DNA of 64,000 nucleotides from Octopus sinensis (lineage: Eukaryota): the NCBI RefSeq assembly GCF_006345805.1, contig NC_043003.1, forward strand, positions 45,570,001 through 45,634,000. The letters are read 5' to 3'. This document shows positions 1 to 16,670 of the stretch, piece by piece. A model generated the notes under the pieces. It was not told the origin of the DNA and did no database searches. It saw nothing but the letters and a program-made list of their open reading frames with translations. The position numbers and the translations under genes were made by a program. Numbering within the stretch: position 1 is the stretch's first letter; each line of letters starts with the position of its first letter.

Positions 1-3000
1 CAGAAACAATAACAGTAGCTACTTGTTGACAGCACCTAAGTATACGAAAAACGAGGAAACCTACCAAGCTAACGAGGGCGCTACTGTGTTTTACATAGGC
101 TGGTCGGGTTTCGAAAGAAAACGTATGGATCATTTGAATCTGACAAGATATGAGTATATCTCTTTCTTTATTTCTGACGAGATATGAGTATATCGACTGA
201 CTTTTGGTGCACATGTTGTGGAAATGTTAGGTTAAAAGGAACAAAGACCGACGTGGTAAAAGTACAAGCGATAAGACGGAGGCAAGGTCGAGAGATTAAA
301 AAGTTACCTTTGCAATCATGAAATCTTGAGTTCGATCCTACTGTGGGACAATGCCAGTAAAGGTTATTTTTTCTTAGATAGTTTGAAGTGACTTTTAAAC
401 TAGTTTAAGTAAAACTGCGAAAACCCTTCGTCTGTGCATAAAAGACAAAGAACCAGACTTGTCACACCGATTTTCCTTGCGGATTTACATTAAGTGTATC
501 AATGTCTATGGAATATTCAGCCACTTATACTAAAATTCAGTTAGTAGATATTGCAATCGATCAAACAGCTGAAAGAGTTTTTGTCGAAACTGAAAGAGGA
601 TTCATCTAAGCAAGAGACAAGCACAGGAGGGTTTATCAGATATTCTTTTTATCGTTTACTAATGAGGAAGGGCAAAGCCCATGATCGTTTTCAGTGCCTA
701 CGCGACTGACCGGTGGGACAGATGAAATCTAACGCGAATACCTACATCAGAGTAGATTCTAATAAGAGTGCCTAAGTCTAGGTGATGGATTTGAACTCAG
801 AGCAAGAATTGCTGCAATAAATAACACAAGGAATCATACCCCTCCCTCTAATAATTTCGCCAGTTCACGCCCGAGATTCGTAGGTTATTTTATTAACTGC
901 GGAAGGAATAAAAAGCAAAGATGACCCCCGGCAAGATTTGAACACAGAATGTAAGGAGCCGAAGTAAATGCCACAATGTATTTCACTCGACGCTCTAAGG
1001 GCTCTGTTGGAGAAAACAAGTTCATCTTCCATGTTATATTCTATTTGGTTCTAAAAAGACAGATACTAGTAGCTCTTTCTTTCTCTTTGTCAACTTGTCA
1101 CTCACCCTCCCCCTCTCTCCCTTTCTTCATATACCATGGTTACAGGTGTTGGCTATCATGAACCTCCACGACAAAAACTAAAGATTTTATGTTTGTTTTC
1201 TAGGTAAAAGCAGTTTTTTTATGTTGCTTTATGTTGGTTTATTAAGTTTTCTTTACTAATTCTCTGATCTCCCAAGCTCACCCTTAAGGCATAATATCAA
1301 TTTAATCTTTTGGTGGAAAAACAGGAGAATAAGATCAGAAAATTTCTACACACTGGTGATCCTGTGTGGCACATGTATAGAAGTCATCCTCTGAGCCCTT
1401 AGCCTCAACACCATCTTCTCCTATTTGATCCATAACTGGTGCCCTTGACAACTGCTACAACCCTATGAAAACCTGACAGTGTGGCGCAATCACAATATAT
1501 ATATTGATTCTTCATATAAAGTCAGCGGATCCAGATGATGTAGTTGATTGAATCGACAACACTGCTTGATTGATAATTCATTTAATATACTTTAGAATTT
1601 TGAGAAGAGGACGTTATTCAATTTTATGGAACCGTGTACAAGATGAGTACTTCATTTTATTGACCTTCGGAGGAAGGGAATATGAAGCTGACATCGGTAA
1701 GATTTTAACGCAGTGCTCAGAAGATCAAAACAAATACCATAAAGTAGATTACCTAATGCCCAAGTGGTTCAAACAATTTGCAACATGGATTATTACTAAT
1801 AATACTTGATATTTTCTATTAAGCTTGGGAGATTGTGAGTTTATGATGCTCACTCACTTTCCAAAGGTAATTAAATTCGGGGTCTCTGTATGTCTTGTGA
1901 GACTAAGGATCTGCACCTGGAATGTTCATCTCAGAAGTGTTTACCCATGCAAGAATTTATTTTATATGGGAAAGCAGCAGTTGTTCATATAAGCAGGTCT
2001 CCCCTTTTCATATTACAGTCGTTACCTGAGGGAAAGGCGAAGGACGAGATAGCTTAGGGACTTTGTTGCTAAAAGTGTTTCTATCAGAGAAAAAATGCAA
2101 ATATTAATATAAATATCATAAAGTATCCCATCTGGCATTCTTACAATTCCGTTAATATACTTCATTAGATTAGTATTAATTTATTTATAAACCCCAAAAG
2201 TATAAAAGTCAAATTTTATCAGGATGGAATTTGAACTCGGATTAGAGAAAATCGAAATAAATGCTGCAAGTAATTTTTATCCAACTTTTTGACAAGTCTT
2301 CCTAGATGAAGGATTATTGGCAATGAAATAAATACTCTCTCTAAAGGATTTTTTAGTCAAAAACAAAAAGAAATGCTTGTAGCATGCCGGTATCATATAT
2401 TATTCTCTTAGATGCTCAACATCTACAACAGCGTAATAATTTCGTATCGGCTAGAAATGAAGAATTTTAATATATTATGGCAGTCATCCGTTTCCCAAGA
2501 GCATTAATGACGCAAGTGAAGTGAACTTCATCATAGCGAAAATCGAAACCGAGTTGCTGTTTTGGCCTATAGCATTTTTCTTTTCCCTTTCTTTTTTTTT
2601 TTCTGCTATGCCTTTTGCTCTACGCCGTTAGCAACAATATATTCATAATAATAAATATCCCATTGCGACCTAATGCTATTATAAAGAAGATTGATGTTGA
2701 TGGTATTTCCCAGAAGTGCCGACTGCTCACATTCCATTTGACTGGCAGACTTTGGCACACAAGGAAAACAATACAAGTGTTAGAAGAATGACAAGTTTGG
2801 CAGAAGTCTGTTCTTGGAAATATGTCAGAAGCTTGACAAAAGATATGCTGTGAAATAGTTTAAACATAACCCGAAGAAAATAAGTGAAAACTATTAAATC
2901 TAAATCCTCTGGGACTAGTTCAGCTGAACAGATCATATGCTGCAACTCAACAGACCAAAAAGTAATATACAAAGTTCCACTAAAGAGAAATATCTCCTGA

Positions 3001-3354
3001 TATGGCTACACTCAATTCGCATCCAAAGTGCAAAGAAAGTGGGACAAAGGTGAAACATGTGCAAGTTAAAACAACTGATGATAAAATAAAAAGCACATTG
3101 GTACCACCTATGGCTGTAAGGAGATTGGGGGTGTAGTAAAAAAATAGTACACCCTGACTCCTTACAGCTGACAACCCCCATATGTATGTATGAATGTATA
3201 CATATGTATGCGTGTGTGTGTGTGCGTGTATGTGTGTGTATGCATATATGTGTATATATATATGCATGTGTATATATACATATTCATATATATGCATGTA
3301 TATATATATGCATATATATTCATATATATATATATATATATATTCATGTATATA

Positions 3355-3400
<46 letters not shown>

Positions 3401-3892
3401 TATTTATCATATATATATATATGCTACACATAAAATATCATACGCCCAAGCACACAGACGTGCACATATATATATATATATATATATATGGAGAGGGGGA
3501 GAGAGAGGGAGGTAGTAAGTACAAGAGTTATTAAAGATAGAAATTGAATTTACAACTATCATTTATATTTATTTATTTCACAACTGGTGTTACCGTTCTT
3601 AGACTTTCTAACTAGAACCGTTTCTTGGACTAAGATCAGTCATGTGACTTTGCCTCTATATCGCTCTCCTCTCTCTCCCTCTCTCTCTCTCTTTCTCTCT
3701 CTCTCCTTAAATTACAAATTCATTATTCACCTAAAATAGCTATTTTTACAGTTGGGATGAATATCTATCATTTATCACTGGCTCTGTACTAAAAAGAATA
3801 TTTAGCTTCAAAGAAAGCTGGAAATATCGGGAGATTTTACTGAGGAAAAACTAACTAAAGAACTAAACAGCAAATGAATTGTCTAAAATGAA

Positions 3893-4282
3893 TAATCCTT
3901 TCTACTGAAGGCACAAGGCTTGAAATTTGGGTAACTAGTTGATTACATCGACCCCAGTGGTACTCAATTTATCGATTCCGAAAGGATGAAAGGTAAAGTC
4001 GACCTTTGAAGAATTTGAACTCAGAACGTAGCGACGACTGAAATACCTATTTCCTTACTACCCAGAAAGGGCTAAACACAGAGGAGACAAACCAGGACAG
4101 ACAGACGGATTAAGTCTATTATATCGACCCCAGTGCGTAACTGGCACTTATTTAATCGACCCCGAAAGGATGAAAGACAAAGTCGACCTCAGCGGAATTT
4201 GAACTCAGAACGTAACGGCAGACGAAATACCGCTAAGCATTTCGTCCAGCTTGGTAACTAACGATTCTTAGAGCTCGCCACC
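3893..4282 (-). mobile_element. SINE family B, dimeric arrangement
   Basis: Two tandem copies of GAAAGGATGAAAG..AAAGTCGACCT..GAATTTGAACTCAGAACGTA. Confidence 0.8.
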
Positions 4283-4444
4283 TTCTCGAGAATGAATAAT
4301 ATTTCTAAAAAAAAATGTGTAGCCCTACACTCAGACACGTAAGACACACACACTCTGGGTGGAGGTGGGGGTCCTGTGACGATTGAAAAGGCAGCCCAAA
4401 AATTACCATAAATGGTTTCAAACATTTTAAACTTATCTTTTCTC

Positions 4445-4630
4445 TTTTATCTTTAACTTGTTACAGTCATCTGACCGCAGCCATGCTGGGGCACCGCTTT
4501 GATGGGTTTCTAGTCGATCAAATGGACCCTGGTACTTTTTCTATCGGTCTTGTGCCGAACCGTTAAGTTACGGGGATGTTAACACACCAACAACGGTTGT
4601 CAAGCGGTGCAGGGAGACAAACACACACAT

Positions 4631-4677
<47 letters not shown>

Positions 4678-4833
4678 ACAGGCTTCTTTCAGTTTCCGTC
4701 TACCAAATCCGCTCACACGGCTTTCGTCGGCCTGAGGTTATAATAAAAGACAGTTGCCCAAGGTGCCACGCGGTGGGACTGAACGCGGAACCACGTGACT
4801 GGGAAGTAAGCTTCTTACGACACAGCCACGCCT
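4445..4833 (-). mobile_element. SINE family A
   Basis: Reverse-complement homology to 20755-21154. Confidence 0.8.
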
Positions 4834-5470
4834 GGTCAAGAAAGAAAAAAAAAATCACATGGACGCGAAGTCTTTTCTCAACACATTAATAAAGAGCGTG
4901 CGAGCAAAAAAGTCTCACTATTAATTTTTTCTGGGTAGGTAGGTAGGTGTGTATGCTGGAATTTTGATAACAACTAGGGTAGAATAAATTCTTCTGCACA
5001 ACACATACACATGACAGCACATACTCTATATTTTTCCAAGAGTCTTAGGGTCAAATATAGACGAGAGCTCAAGGTCAATTAATTTCAATTTCTATTTAGC
5101 TAAAAACTCAATTAATTGTTATGCATGTGGTTAATAGATGATTACTTTAACATCACAGATATTGTATTACACTGTTCAAAGACTTGCAAATCGTATTTGT
5201 CTGACACTATTTAGCGATATCGTTTCAAAAGCTTTTTATAAGTTGATTCTCTTCAGGCAGTGTCAAGTATTGCTGATTGCTCTAAGACCCTGTACACATT
5301 CAAACGTTCGTGTGACCAAAGAGATACAGCTTTAAATAAACACTTCAATTATTGTTTGCTTCTTTGATTCCATCATATCTCTCAGCATTAAAACATTCAG
5401 AGTAAACAATAAAAAAAAAACAAAAAAAAAAAACAGAAAAACAATAAAACGAAAAAAAAATTTTTTCTTA

Positions 5471-7837
<2,367 letters not shown>

Positions 7838-8055
7838 CTACATAACTGAACGGATAAACTGTAATCCCAGTTTAATCCAGGCGATATCATATCGGAATGT
7901 TAATCCTTCTATAGTTGCTTTTCTTTTGTAGCTGTTGTTAAAAATTTATTATTTGGCTGTAAAATGTGATGTCAGAGAAATTTTCAAAATTTCTTTGGGG
8001 CTCTCACAGAATTTTACTTCTGCGGTTGTATGACAGCAGCAACAGCAGCGATGCC

Positions 8056-8107
<52 letters not shown>

Positions 8108-8809
8108 CTTGTTATTTTTATTTATGGAGAATATAGCTAGTGATCTGAAAAATTTTGTTCGCTATTAGTTGCTGCAGTTCTGTTGTATGATATTGCTGTT
8201 ACTTTTGTTGTTGTCGTTGTTTGTTCTTGCTGTGGTGGTTGTTGTTCAGTTTTTATTATTGCTGTTATAATTATTTCAATGTTTCTTCTTGACTGTGTTG
8301 TCGTTATTATTTAACTCCAAGTCAGCCTCGATCGAGCAGACCTATGACCAAAGGTATTCCAGTTACTAACATCCCTGATAGTTTTACTTTCTTATCTACT
8401 TCGTAAATGACTGTGTCCTTTTTTGCTCTTAAGAAACAGGAGATTTGAGGGAGTTAGCTGATGATTTTAGCAACCCGAAGGAATCGGACAGAGGTACTCG
8501 CGCTCGGGTTGTTCTGCTGCTTCAGTAATTTGGACATTACCAATTTAATCCGGGGATACAGCAAAGATATTATTGCATCTCTTTTAATCCGTCATCCCTG
8601 AGGTTTACAAGTTAATCCACTTCATATAATCTAGATCCTTAACTTCACATGGGACCGTGCGTCTTTCTTTCCCGTTTTAACTTTCTATTCAAACCACATT
8701 TCTTCCCTTCTTCATTCATTCATTTTTCTGTTTTCCTTCTTTTCCTTCTACGCCTTCTCTTAGCCTGCCTTCCCTCAGAGCGTTTTAATTCAATATGTTT
8801 GCAGCAAGC
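7838..8809 (-). other. Putative 5' UTR portion of the HS3ST exon, with splice acceptor at 8810
   Basis: Minus strand reads TTTTTTCATTACTTCAG|GCTTG at 8810-8826, at the boundary between unique sequence and microsatellite/SINE-rich DNA. The region contains a (TAC)n tract. Confidence 0.4.
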
Positions 8810-8976
8810 CTGAAGTAATGAAAAAATATGTGAAGAATTTAGACAGAGAATCCAATCCATGAATAATTAAGTATATACACATATATGCATCCAATCATGT
8901 GTATTTGTATATAGGTATATAGGTTTATACATACATACTTACTTACATACATACATACATACATACATACATTCAT

Positions 8977-9026
<50 letters not shown>

Positions 9027-9383
9027 GTATGTATATATGTATGTATATGTATATGTGTGTGAGTGTGTGTCGGTGTGTGTGTGTGTGTGTGGTGTGCATG
9101 TACAACAGGCTCCCAAACAATTTCAGTCTACCAAGTTCATTCACAAGGCACTGGTTGGCCCTGAGCCTACAATAGAAGACACTGACACATACAACTTTTA
9201 CAATGGCGGTGCCCCAGCATGGCCACAGCTCGTGAGCTGATCTAGATAAAATAAAATAAAATATATATATAATATATATATATATATACACAATACATAT
9301 ATACATATATATATAGATATATAGATATATATTGCACACTTATAGTTACATTTACACGTATATGATTTTTGCATATATATATA

Positions 9384-9430
<47 letters not shown>

Positions 9431-10056
9431 TGTACATGTGTGCATGTGTGTGTGTTTGTTTCTGCGCGCGCACGCATTTGTGCTTATGTGCATATGTCTT
9501 AATATAGGTTTAAGTTCTATTTGGCTGCAATAATTAGTAGATTATACAGTTAATGCAGAAACCGAATCATCCATTCGTTACGTTAACATGTGAGTGACTG
9601 AGTATTCCGCAGATAGACAGGTGTATACTCATCATGTCATTTTCAGTCTTTTCAGTAAGACATAAGATTTGATATTTTGTGGATAAGAGATAATCGCTAA
9701 CATTGGTCCCAGTGCTCAACTGCTCTTTAATGCAATTGACCCTGAAAATAGGAAAAGTGAAGTTAACCTCCGCGAAACATCAACTCAGAACGTAAAACCG
9801 GCCGAAATACCACTAAGCATTTTGTCCAACGTGCTAACGATTCTGCCAGCTCGCCGACTGTTAATGGTGGATCATTGAATAACTAATAAAAACTTCCGAG
9901 TCCTCATCAAGATGTCTGCCGACTTGTTTAATGTGGACCTCATGCATTGCTCTCGGATCAACTCGTTAGTATGACAATTTTGAAGCGTACTTCACGTCTA
10001 AATGAATCAATTACAATTGCACTTCCATAGTATGTATTGCACTTCCATAGTATGTA

Positions 10057-10466
<410 letters not shown>

Positions 10467-10581
10467 ATATAAACACAAACACACAGACACACATACCTAC
10501 ACAAACTCACATATATACATACGTGTGTGCGCGCATTCATTTGCATATGTATTTATAAATTATGTATGTGTGTGTGTGTTT

Positions 10582-10725
<144 letters not shown>

Positions 10726-11527
10726 GATAGATAGATAGATAGATAGATAGATAAGTTTCTTTATTGGCCACACAGGGCTGCACACAGATGGGACAAGTTA
10801 CAAGGTAGAGCTTTTCTTTTGGGGGATGAAAAAAAAACAAAAAGCAAAAGAAAAAAAAAGCTGGTCTAGGTTTTCAATCAAAAGAGATCGTAAAAAAAAA
10901 TTAAAAAATAAGAAAAAAGAGAAAAAAAGGAAAAGGAACAAAAGAAAAGAGAAATGAAAAAAAGAAGAAAAAGGGGAAAGATAGATATGGACATAGACAA
11001 ACACTGGTCTTTATAAACGTTAGACAAACACTGGTCTTTATAAACGTCAGTTAATCCTGACTGCAGTCTAAGTAAGTTCGTGTCTGTTTTTTGGGGTTTT
11101 TTTTTTTCATCTTCATTAATAGTTATCGAATAAATTTGTATAAGTGCAATGTTCATAAATTATAAACATATATGCATAAATTATATATAGACACGGATGG
11201 TCAGAGGTGAACAGAAATAGTGAATGAATACATTTTAACACTTTTATGCACATGTCTATCGGTAAGCAAATTACTTAATCTCATTCGAATACAAGGGTGT
11301 TGTTTGTTGTTTATATAATAAGCATTTACTTTTTAAGCAAATACTTCTTATACTACAGTGTATATATTTATAGCATGCTCACTCTCTCTTACTCTCTCTC
11401 TCTCTCTCTCTCTCCATATATATACACATATATGAACATATTTTGCATACTTTTATTCTTTTACTTGTTTCTTTATATATATATAAAGAGGGAGAGAGAG
11501 GAGGGAGGGAGGGAAGGAGAGGAAAGT

Positions 11528-11583
<56 letters not shown>

Positions 11584-12078
11584 CAGACAGGCAGACACAC
11601 GCACATACACAGGTAGTTAAATACGATCTTCAACGTCACAACATACCAATATTTGACACTTACGGTACAGCCTGATGATTTGGGAGAAATATGATGTAGC
11701 GCATTGCATATTCTTATAAATTGTTGTACATTAATAACTGACACACCGTCAGTTACAACGACGAGGGTTCCCGTTGATCTGATCAACCGAACAACCTGTT
11801 CATAAAAATTAACGTGCAACTGACTGAGCACCTCACAGACACGCGTGCCGTTATTGTAGTTTTCAGGGGGATTCAGCGTGACACAAGGTTGGCCCCTTTG
11901 AAATACATCTACTAGTCATTTTTGCCTGCCGAGTGGACTGGAGCAACATGAAATAAACTGTCTTGCTCATGGAAACAACGCGCCACAGGAAATTCAACTC
12001 ACAACCTCACGATCATTAGGCCATGCGCTGTACATGATTACTTCACAATAAAATCTAAAGCAACAATTATAGCTATAT

Positions 12079-12420
12079 GTACTCTTTACTCTTTTACTTG
12101 TTTCAGTCATTTGACTGCGGCCATGCTGGAGCACCGCTTTTAGTCGAGCAAATCGACTCCGGGACTTATTCTTTGTAAGCTCAGTACTTATTCTATCGGT
12201 CTCTTTTGCCGAACCGCTACGTGACGGAGACATAAACACACCAGCATCAGTTGTCAAGCAATGCTAGGGGGACAAACACAGACACACAAACACACACACA
12301 AACTTATATATATATACATATATACGACAGGCTTCTTTCAGTTTCCCTCTACCGGGGCTATAGCAGAAGACACTTGCCCAAGATGCCACGCAGTGGGACT
12401 GAACCCGGAACAGCCACTCC
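12079..12420 (-). mobile_element. SINE family A, internally deleted
   Basis: Reverse-complement homology to family A. Confidence 0.8.
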
Positions 12421-12430
12421 AATATAAATT

Positions 12431-12556
12431 ACTTTATTTAAAAGCAGCAGAAATATACAGAAGATGTTACTCAGATTCACGTTCCCGTTCGTCGGACGGG
12501 AACGTGAAACTCTGAGTAACAGCTTTTGTTATATTTCTGCTGCTTTTAAATAAAGT
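12431..12556. repeat. ~126-nt near-perfect palindrome built from an inverted hammerhead-bearing Penelope-type terminus
   Basis: Arms 12431-12488 and 12496-12556 are reverse complements with few mismatches. The + arm carries ACG-GGAA-CGT-GAAACTCTGAGTA|ACAG and the - arm carries CCGACGA-ACG-GGAA-CGT-GAA. Confidence 0.8.
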
Positions 12557-12627
12557 ATATTACTCTACCTTTGTTACCTGAGTACTCTTTTTTACCACCT
12601 TGTTTCATATTTATGTGCTTATTCCGG

Positions 12628-12674
<47 letters not shown>

Positions 12675-12819
12675 ACTGAGGGGGAGAGAGAAGGAGAGAG
12701 AGAGAGTGAAGCAGACAGATGGTAGATAGAAAAATATCTGTGTAAACAAGGATCAAGGTTCTCGTATGGGTGCAAATACAGATATCTTTATGTATATAAA
12801 TGCATGCATGATACACACA

Positions 12820-12875
<56 letters not shown>

Positions 12876-13249
12876 CACACATGAAGAGAGAGAGAAAGAA
12901 GGAAAGACAGTTACGTATGTAAATTTGTATATATACACGTGTTTACTTTGCTTTCTAATGGATACCTGAATATCCAGCGCTACAAAGCCTTCTAAATCAA
13001 TCAGTGTGTGTGCAAGTATATGCAGTGCATATGCATGTATGCATATGTATTCCAACGTGTGTCGCTGTTTGTATTTACCAGTCATATAAAGTTCAGCCGC
13101 ATCAACAATAATAATGTCAGCTGTGAAGCTAAGGGTTCCTTCTATAAACGGTCTCAACACATTCGTCGTTATTGTATACCTGTAAGTCATCGCTAGTCGA
13201 ATTCAGCCTAAATTTTATATGAATTTTATCCAGGATTATCCTTTTTGGT

Positions 13250-13888
13250 GCCAGCGTGGGATTGTGGGAAGAAGATCACTTCCCAAACAGTTGTTCTGGT
13301 TTCAGTCCCACTATGCAGCACCTTGAGCAAGTGACTTCAACTATAGCCATGGGCAGACTAAAGCCGTGTGAGTGGGTTTGGTAGAGAGAAACTGAAAGAA
13401 GCCCGTCGCACATATATATATGTGCGTGTATGTATGTATGTATAGGTATGTTGATGCAAACAGGAAAAATAGAACTCGAAATATGAGTACGTATATGTAT
13501 ATTTTTATTAATATTTAGCAGAAGTAACAGTGACACTTAAGTGTAAAAGAATAAAAAAGAATATATATATATATAAATATGATGCTTGTGTATGTGTGTG
13601 TGTGTGTGTATGTGTGTGTGTGTGTGCGTGTGTGTTTGTGTATCCATGTGACTGAATCTGTACCCCACTATACTACTTGACAACCAGCGTTGGTGTGTTT
13701 ACTGTCCTGTAAATTATAGCTGTTGGGCAAAGCAGACCGATAGAAAAGAACCGATATATCTGGTTCTTTTAGAAGAGAGAGAAAAAAAAGAAAAAGTTTT
13801 GGGGTCGATTCGTTCGACTAAAATTCTTTAAGGTACCGTCCCAGCATATCCACATTCTAATGACTGCAACAAGTAAAAAGATAGAAAG
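13250..13888 (+). mobile_element. SINE family A, diverged
   Basis: Head and tail homology, with an expanded internal microsatellite region. Confidence 0.7.
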
Positions 13889-15753
13889 ATTATGTTTAAG
13901 CCAGTTGCTTAGGATAGGGTGACCGTGGTGTGCGGACCGCGCAGAGTCAGTCTCTGTAAATACGTGTGTTATGCTGTAGATGAAGGCACGTCAACATTAA
14001 AGGAAATATGTGGTTAATTTAGCTCTCGGACAGGGCGTCAAAATCTCAGGCCATACCGTTGGTTGAGACATAGGGCATCAAAAACTGCATCGGCTAATAT
14101 GTGATTCATTCAACTAAAGTAGATTGTTACTTGAGAAAGATTTCACTGTTATTTCTAGCATGACGAGCAAACATTTGGATGTTTGCCTCACTGTTAAAAC
14201 AAATATGATATAAAGAGCAGAAAACGAAACACAATCAAATGCATTATTAAAATTGATAACTTCTTTCTCTAATGTTTTAATATGTCCCAGGAATTCGCCA
14301 TTCCCTTTTGACTATGAATGAAGTCTGATGTGTTGCTAACAAGGATATCACACACATGAAGCACGTGGAAATGTCCGAGGAATTTCCTCGAATGTAAACA
14401 AGAGTTTTGTTTATGTTTTGTCGGGTGATCAATAAATCAATACATGTGTATATGTGTACGTATATATTTGTGTCTTCGTCTTTTGTTGCTTTTTTTTGTA
14501 AATTCCAACTATATATATATATATATACATATATATATACATACATACATATATATATGCACATATACATATATATATGTATATATACATACATGTATAT
14601 ATGCGTGTATGTGTATATGTATGTGTGTATACGTGCATATATGCATACAGACATACACACACACACATATATATAATTAGATATGTGTGTATATATATAT
14701 GTATATGTATGTTTGCATATATGTATGCGCGTGTATATATGTATGTGTACGTGTGTATGTATATATGTATATTATATATATGTGTGTATATAGGCGTATA
14801 AACATATGCAAATACACGTATGAGCATATATGTGGGTATGTGTGTATAGATAATACAGTTATAGCGAAAGATATAAAGATAGATAGACAAACAAACACAC
14901 TCACACAAACATACAAACAAACAAGCAAACAGAGAGATTGTTTTACATTTGATTACGGGAGCTTCTATGTAATAAAAATTATGTGTAGATATTCCGAACA
15001 AATCAGCAAAACACACATGCACGTATATACGCACACATAATTACAAATCAACTATATATAAGTATACGAACGGACACCCATTCAAACAGATACACACACA
15101 CACACTCACAAACATGTTCATATATATGCACTCATGTTTAGTAAATATACACGCATGATCCACCAGAAACTAAGATTTAAACAATTGAGTAACTGCTGTT
15201 ATTTTCGTAAACGTTTATCCATTCATGCAAAGCTATCCTTTTACTACAAGCATTTCTACCGTCAATACCTCTCTTCGTTAAATTCTATTTTTAGCCACGT
15301 GCATCGCTGTTTTAAGAATTATGTCGAATATTTACATTGTGGCTGTATTGATGTCGATGGTGGTGGTGGTGGTGGTGGTGGCGGTGATATTGGGGGTGGT
15401 GCTGGTAGTGGTGGCGACGGCGGTGGTGCTCATGGCGATAATGATTTTGTCGACGTTTTTTTTTTTATGAGATGCATCAATAACGAAGTTAGTTAATAGT
15501 TAATACTACTTAGTAGCTTGTAAGTACCGTGATAGCCGTAGTGCTAAAACGTTCAAAGGCATTCCAACTGTAACCATCACATTTTCCCCATCAGTTTACA
15601 GGGAAACTTAGAATGATGTTATACCACATGTCCACACACACACACTCACACATACACACATATATATTCTATAAGCTAGTGTCATAATTGGAGTTTTCGC
15701 TGCTATTTCTAGCAGGACATGTGACCACACAGAATTTTCCTTATAAGCTTTTC

Positions 15754-15787
<34 letters not shown>

Positions 15788-16039
15788 GGTGGTGGTGGTG
15801 GTGGTGGAGTTTGTTTACAGTTTGATCGGTGATTTTGTTATTAGTATCGTTATTGTTATTATGGTGGTTGCTTCTGTTGTTCTTACTGTTGTTTGCGGTA
15901 TTGATAGATATCGATTCGTCCTAGAGCCGTTTGACCTTTTTTCTGATAAACGATCGGTGTGATAAAGGGGGGAATATTGAAAGAATAACCTCCTGAAAAT
16001 ATCCATGTAATATACATCTTCCTAACGTTAAACGCCACC

Positions 16040-16237
16040 TTTTACTTGTTTCAGTCATTTGACTGTGGCCATGCTGGAGCACCGCATTTAGTCGAGCAAA
16101 TCGACCCCAGGACTTATTCTTTGTAAGCCTAGTACTTATTCTATCGGTTTCTTTTGCCGAACTGCTAAGTTACGGGGACGTAAACACACCATCATCGGTT
16201 GTCAAGCGATGTTGGGGGGAAAAACATAGACACACAA

Positions 16238-16301
<64 letters not shown>

Positions 16302-16670
16302 TCCTGTATGTTATATTTTAATAATTACTGGTATCTTAATATATTTATATATTAATGTAGTTTATATGTAAAGCATAATATGTTATATATGTATGTATAT
16401 TCTTGTAATTGCCATTTTAGTAAATAAATAAATAAGTTGACATAATTTAATGTCTAAAAGTTGATGAACCACCTATTGATCCCATCCATTTTCTTATTGC
16501 TGTATACATATACATATATACGACGGGCTTCTTTCAGTTTCCGTCTGCCAAATCCACTCACAAGGCTTTGGTCGGCCCGAGGCTACAGTAGAAGACACTT
16601 GCCTCAATGTGCTTCGTAGTGGGACTGAACCCGGAACCATGTAAGCAAGCTAATTATCACACAGCCACTC
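16040..16670 (-). mobile_element. SINE family A with a ~220-bp insertion in its internal (TA)n
   Basis: The halves at 16040-16250 and 16515-16670 are separated by AT-rich unique sequence at 16282-16500. Confidence 0.8.

Noticed and set aside
5468-5470. Apparent stop codon ending the 789-aa ORF
   Set aside because: The TAA is part of the GTAAG splice donor; the protein continues in a downstream exon outside the window.
11672-11700. CTGATGA...GAAA motif; similar weak cases near 30620, 35600, 43425 and 51190
   Set aside because: No adequate stem II or stem I, or no NUH triplet; compatible with chance.
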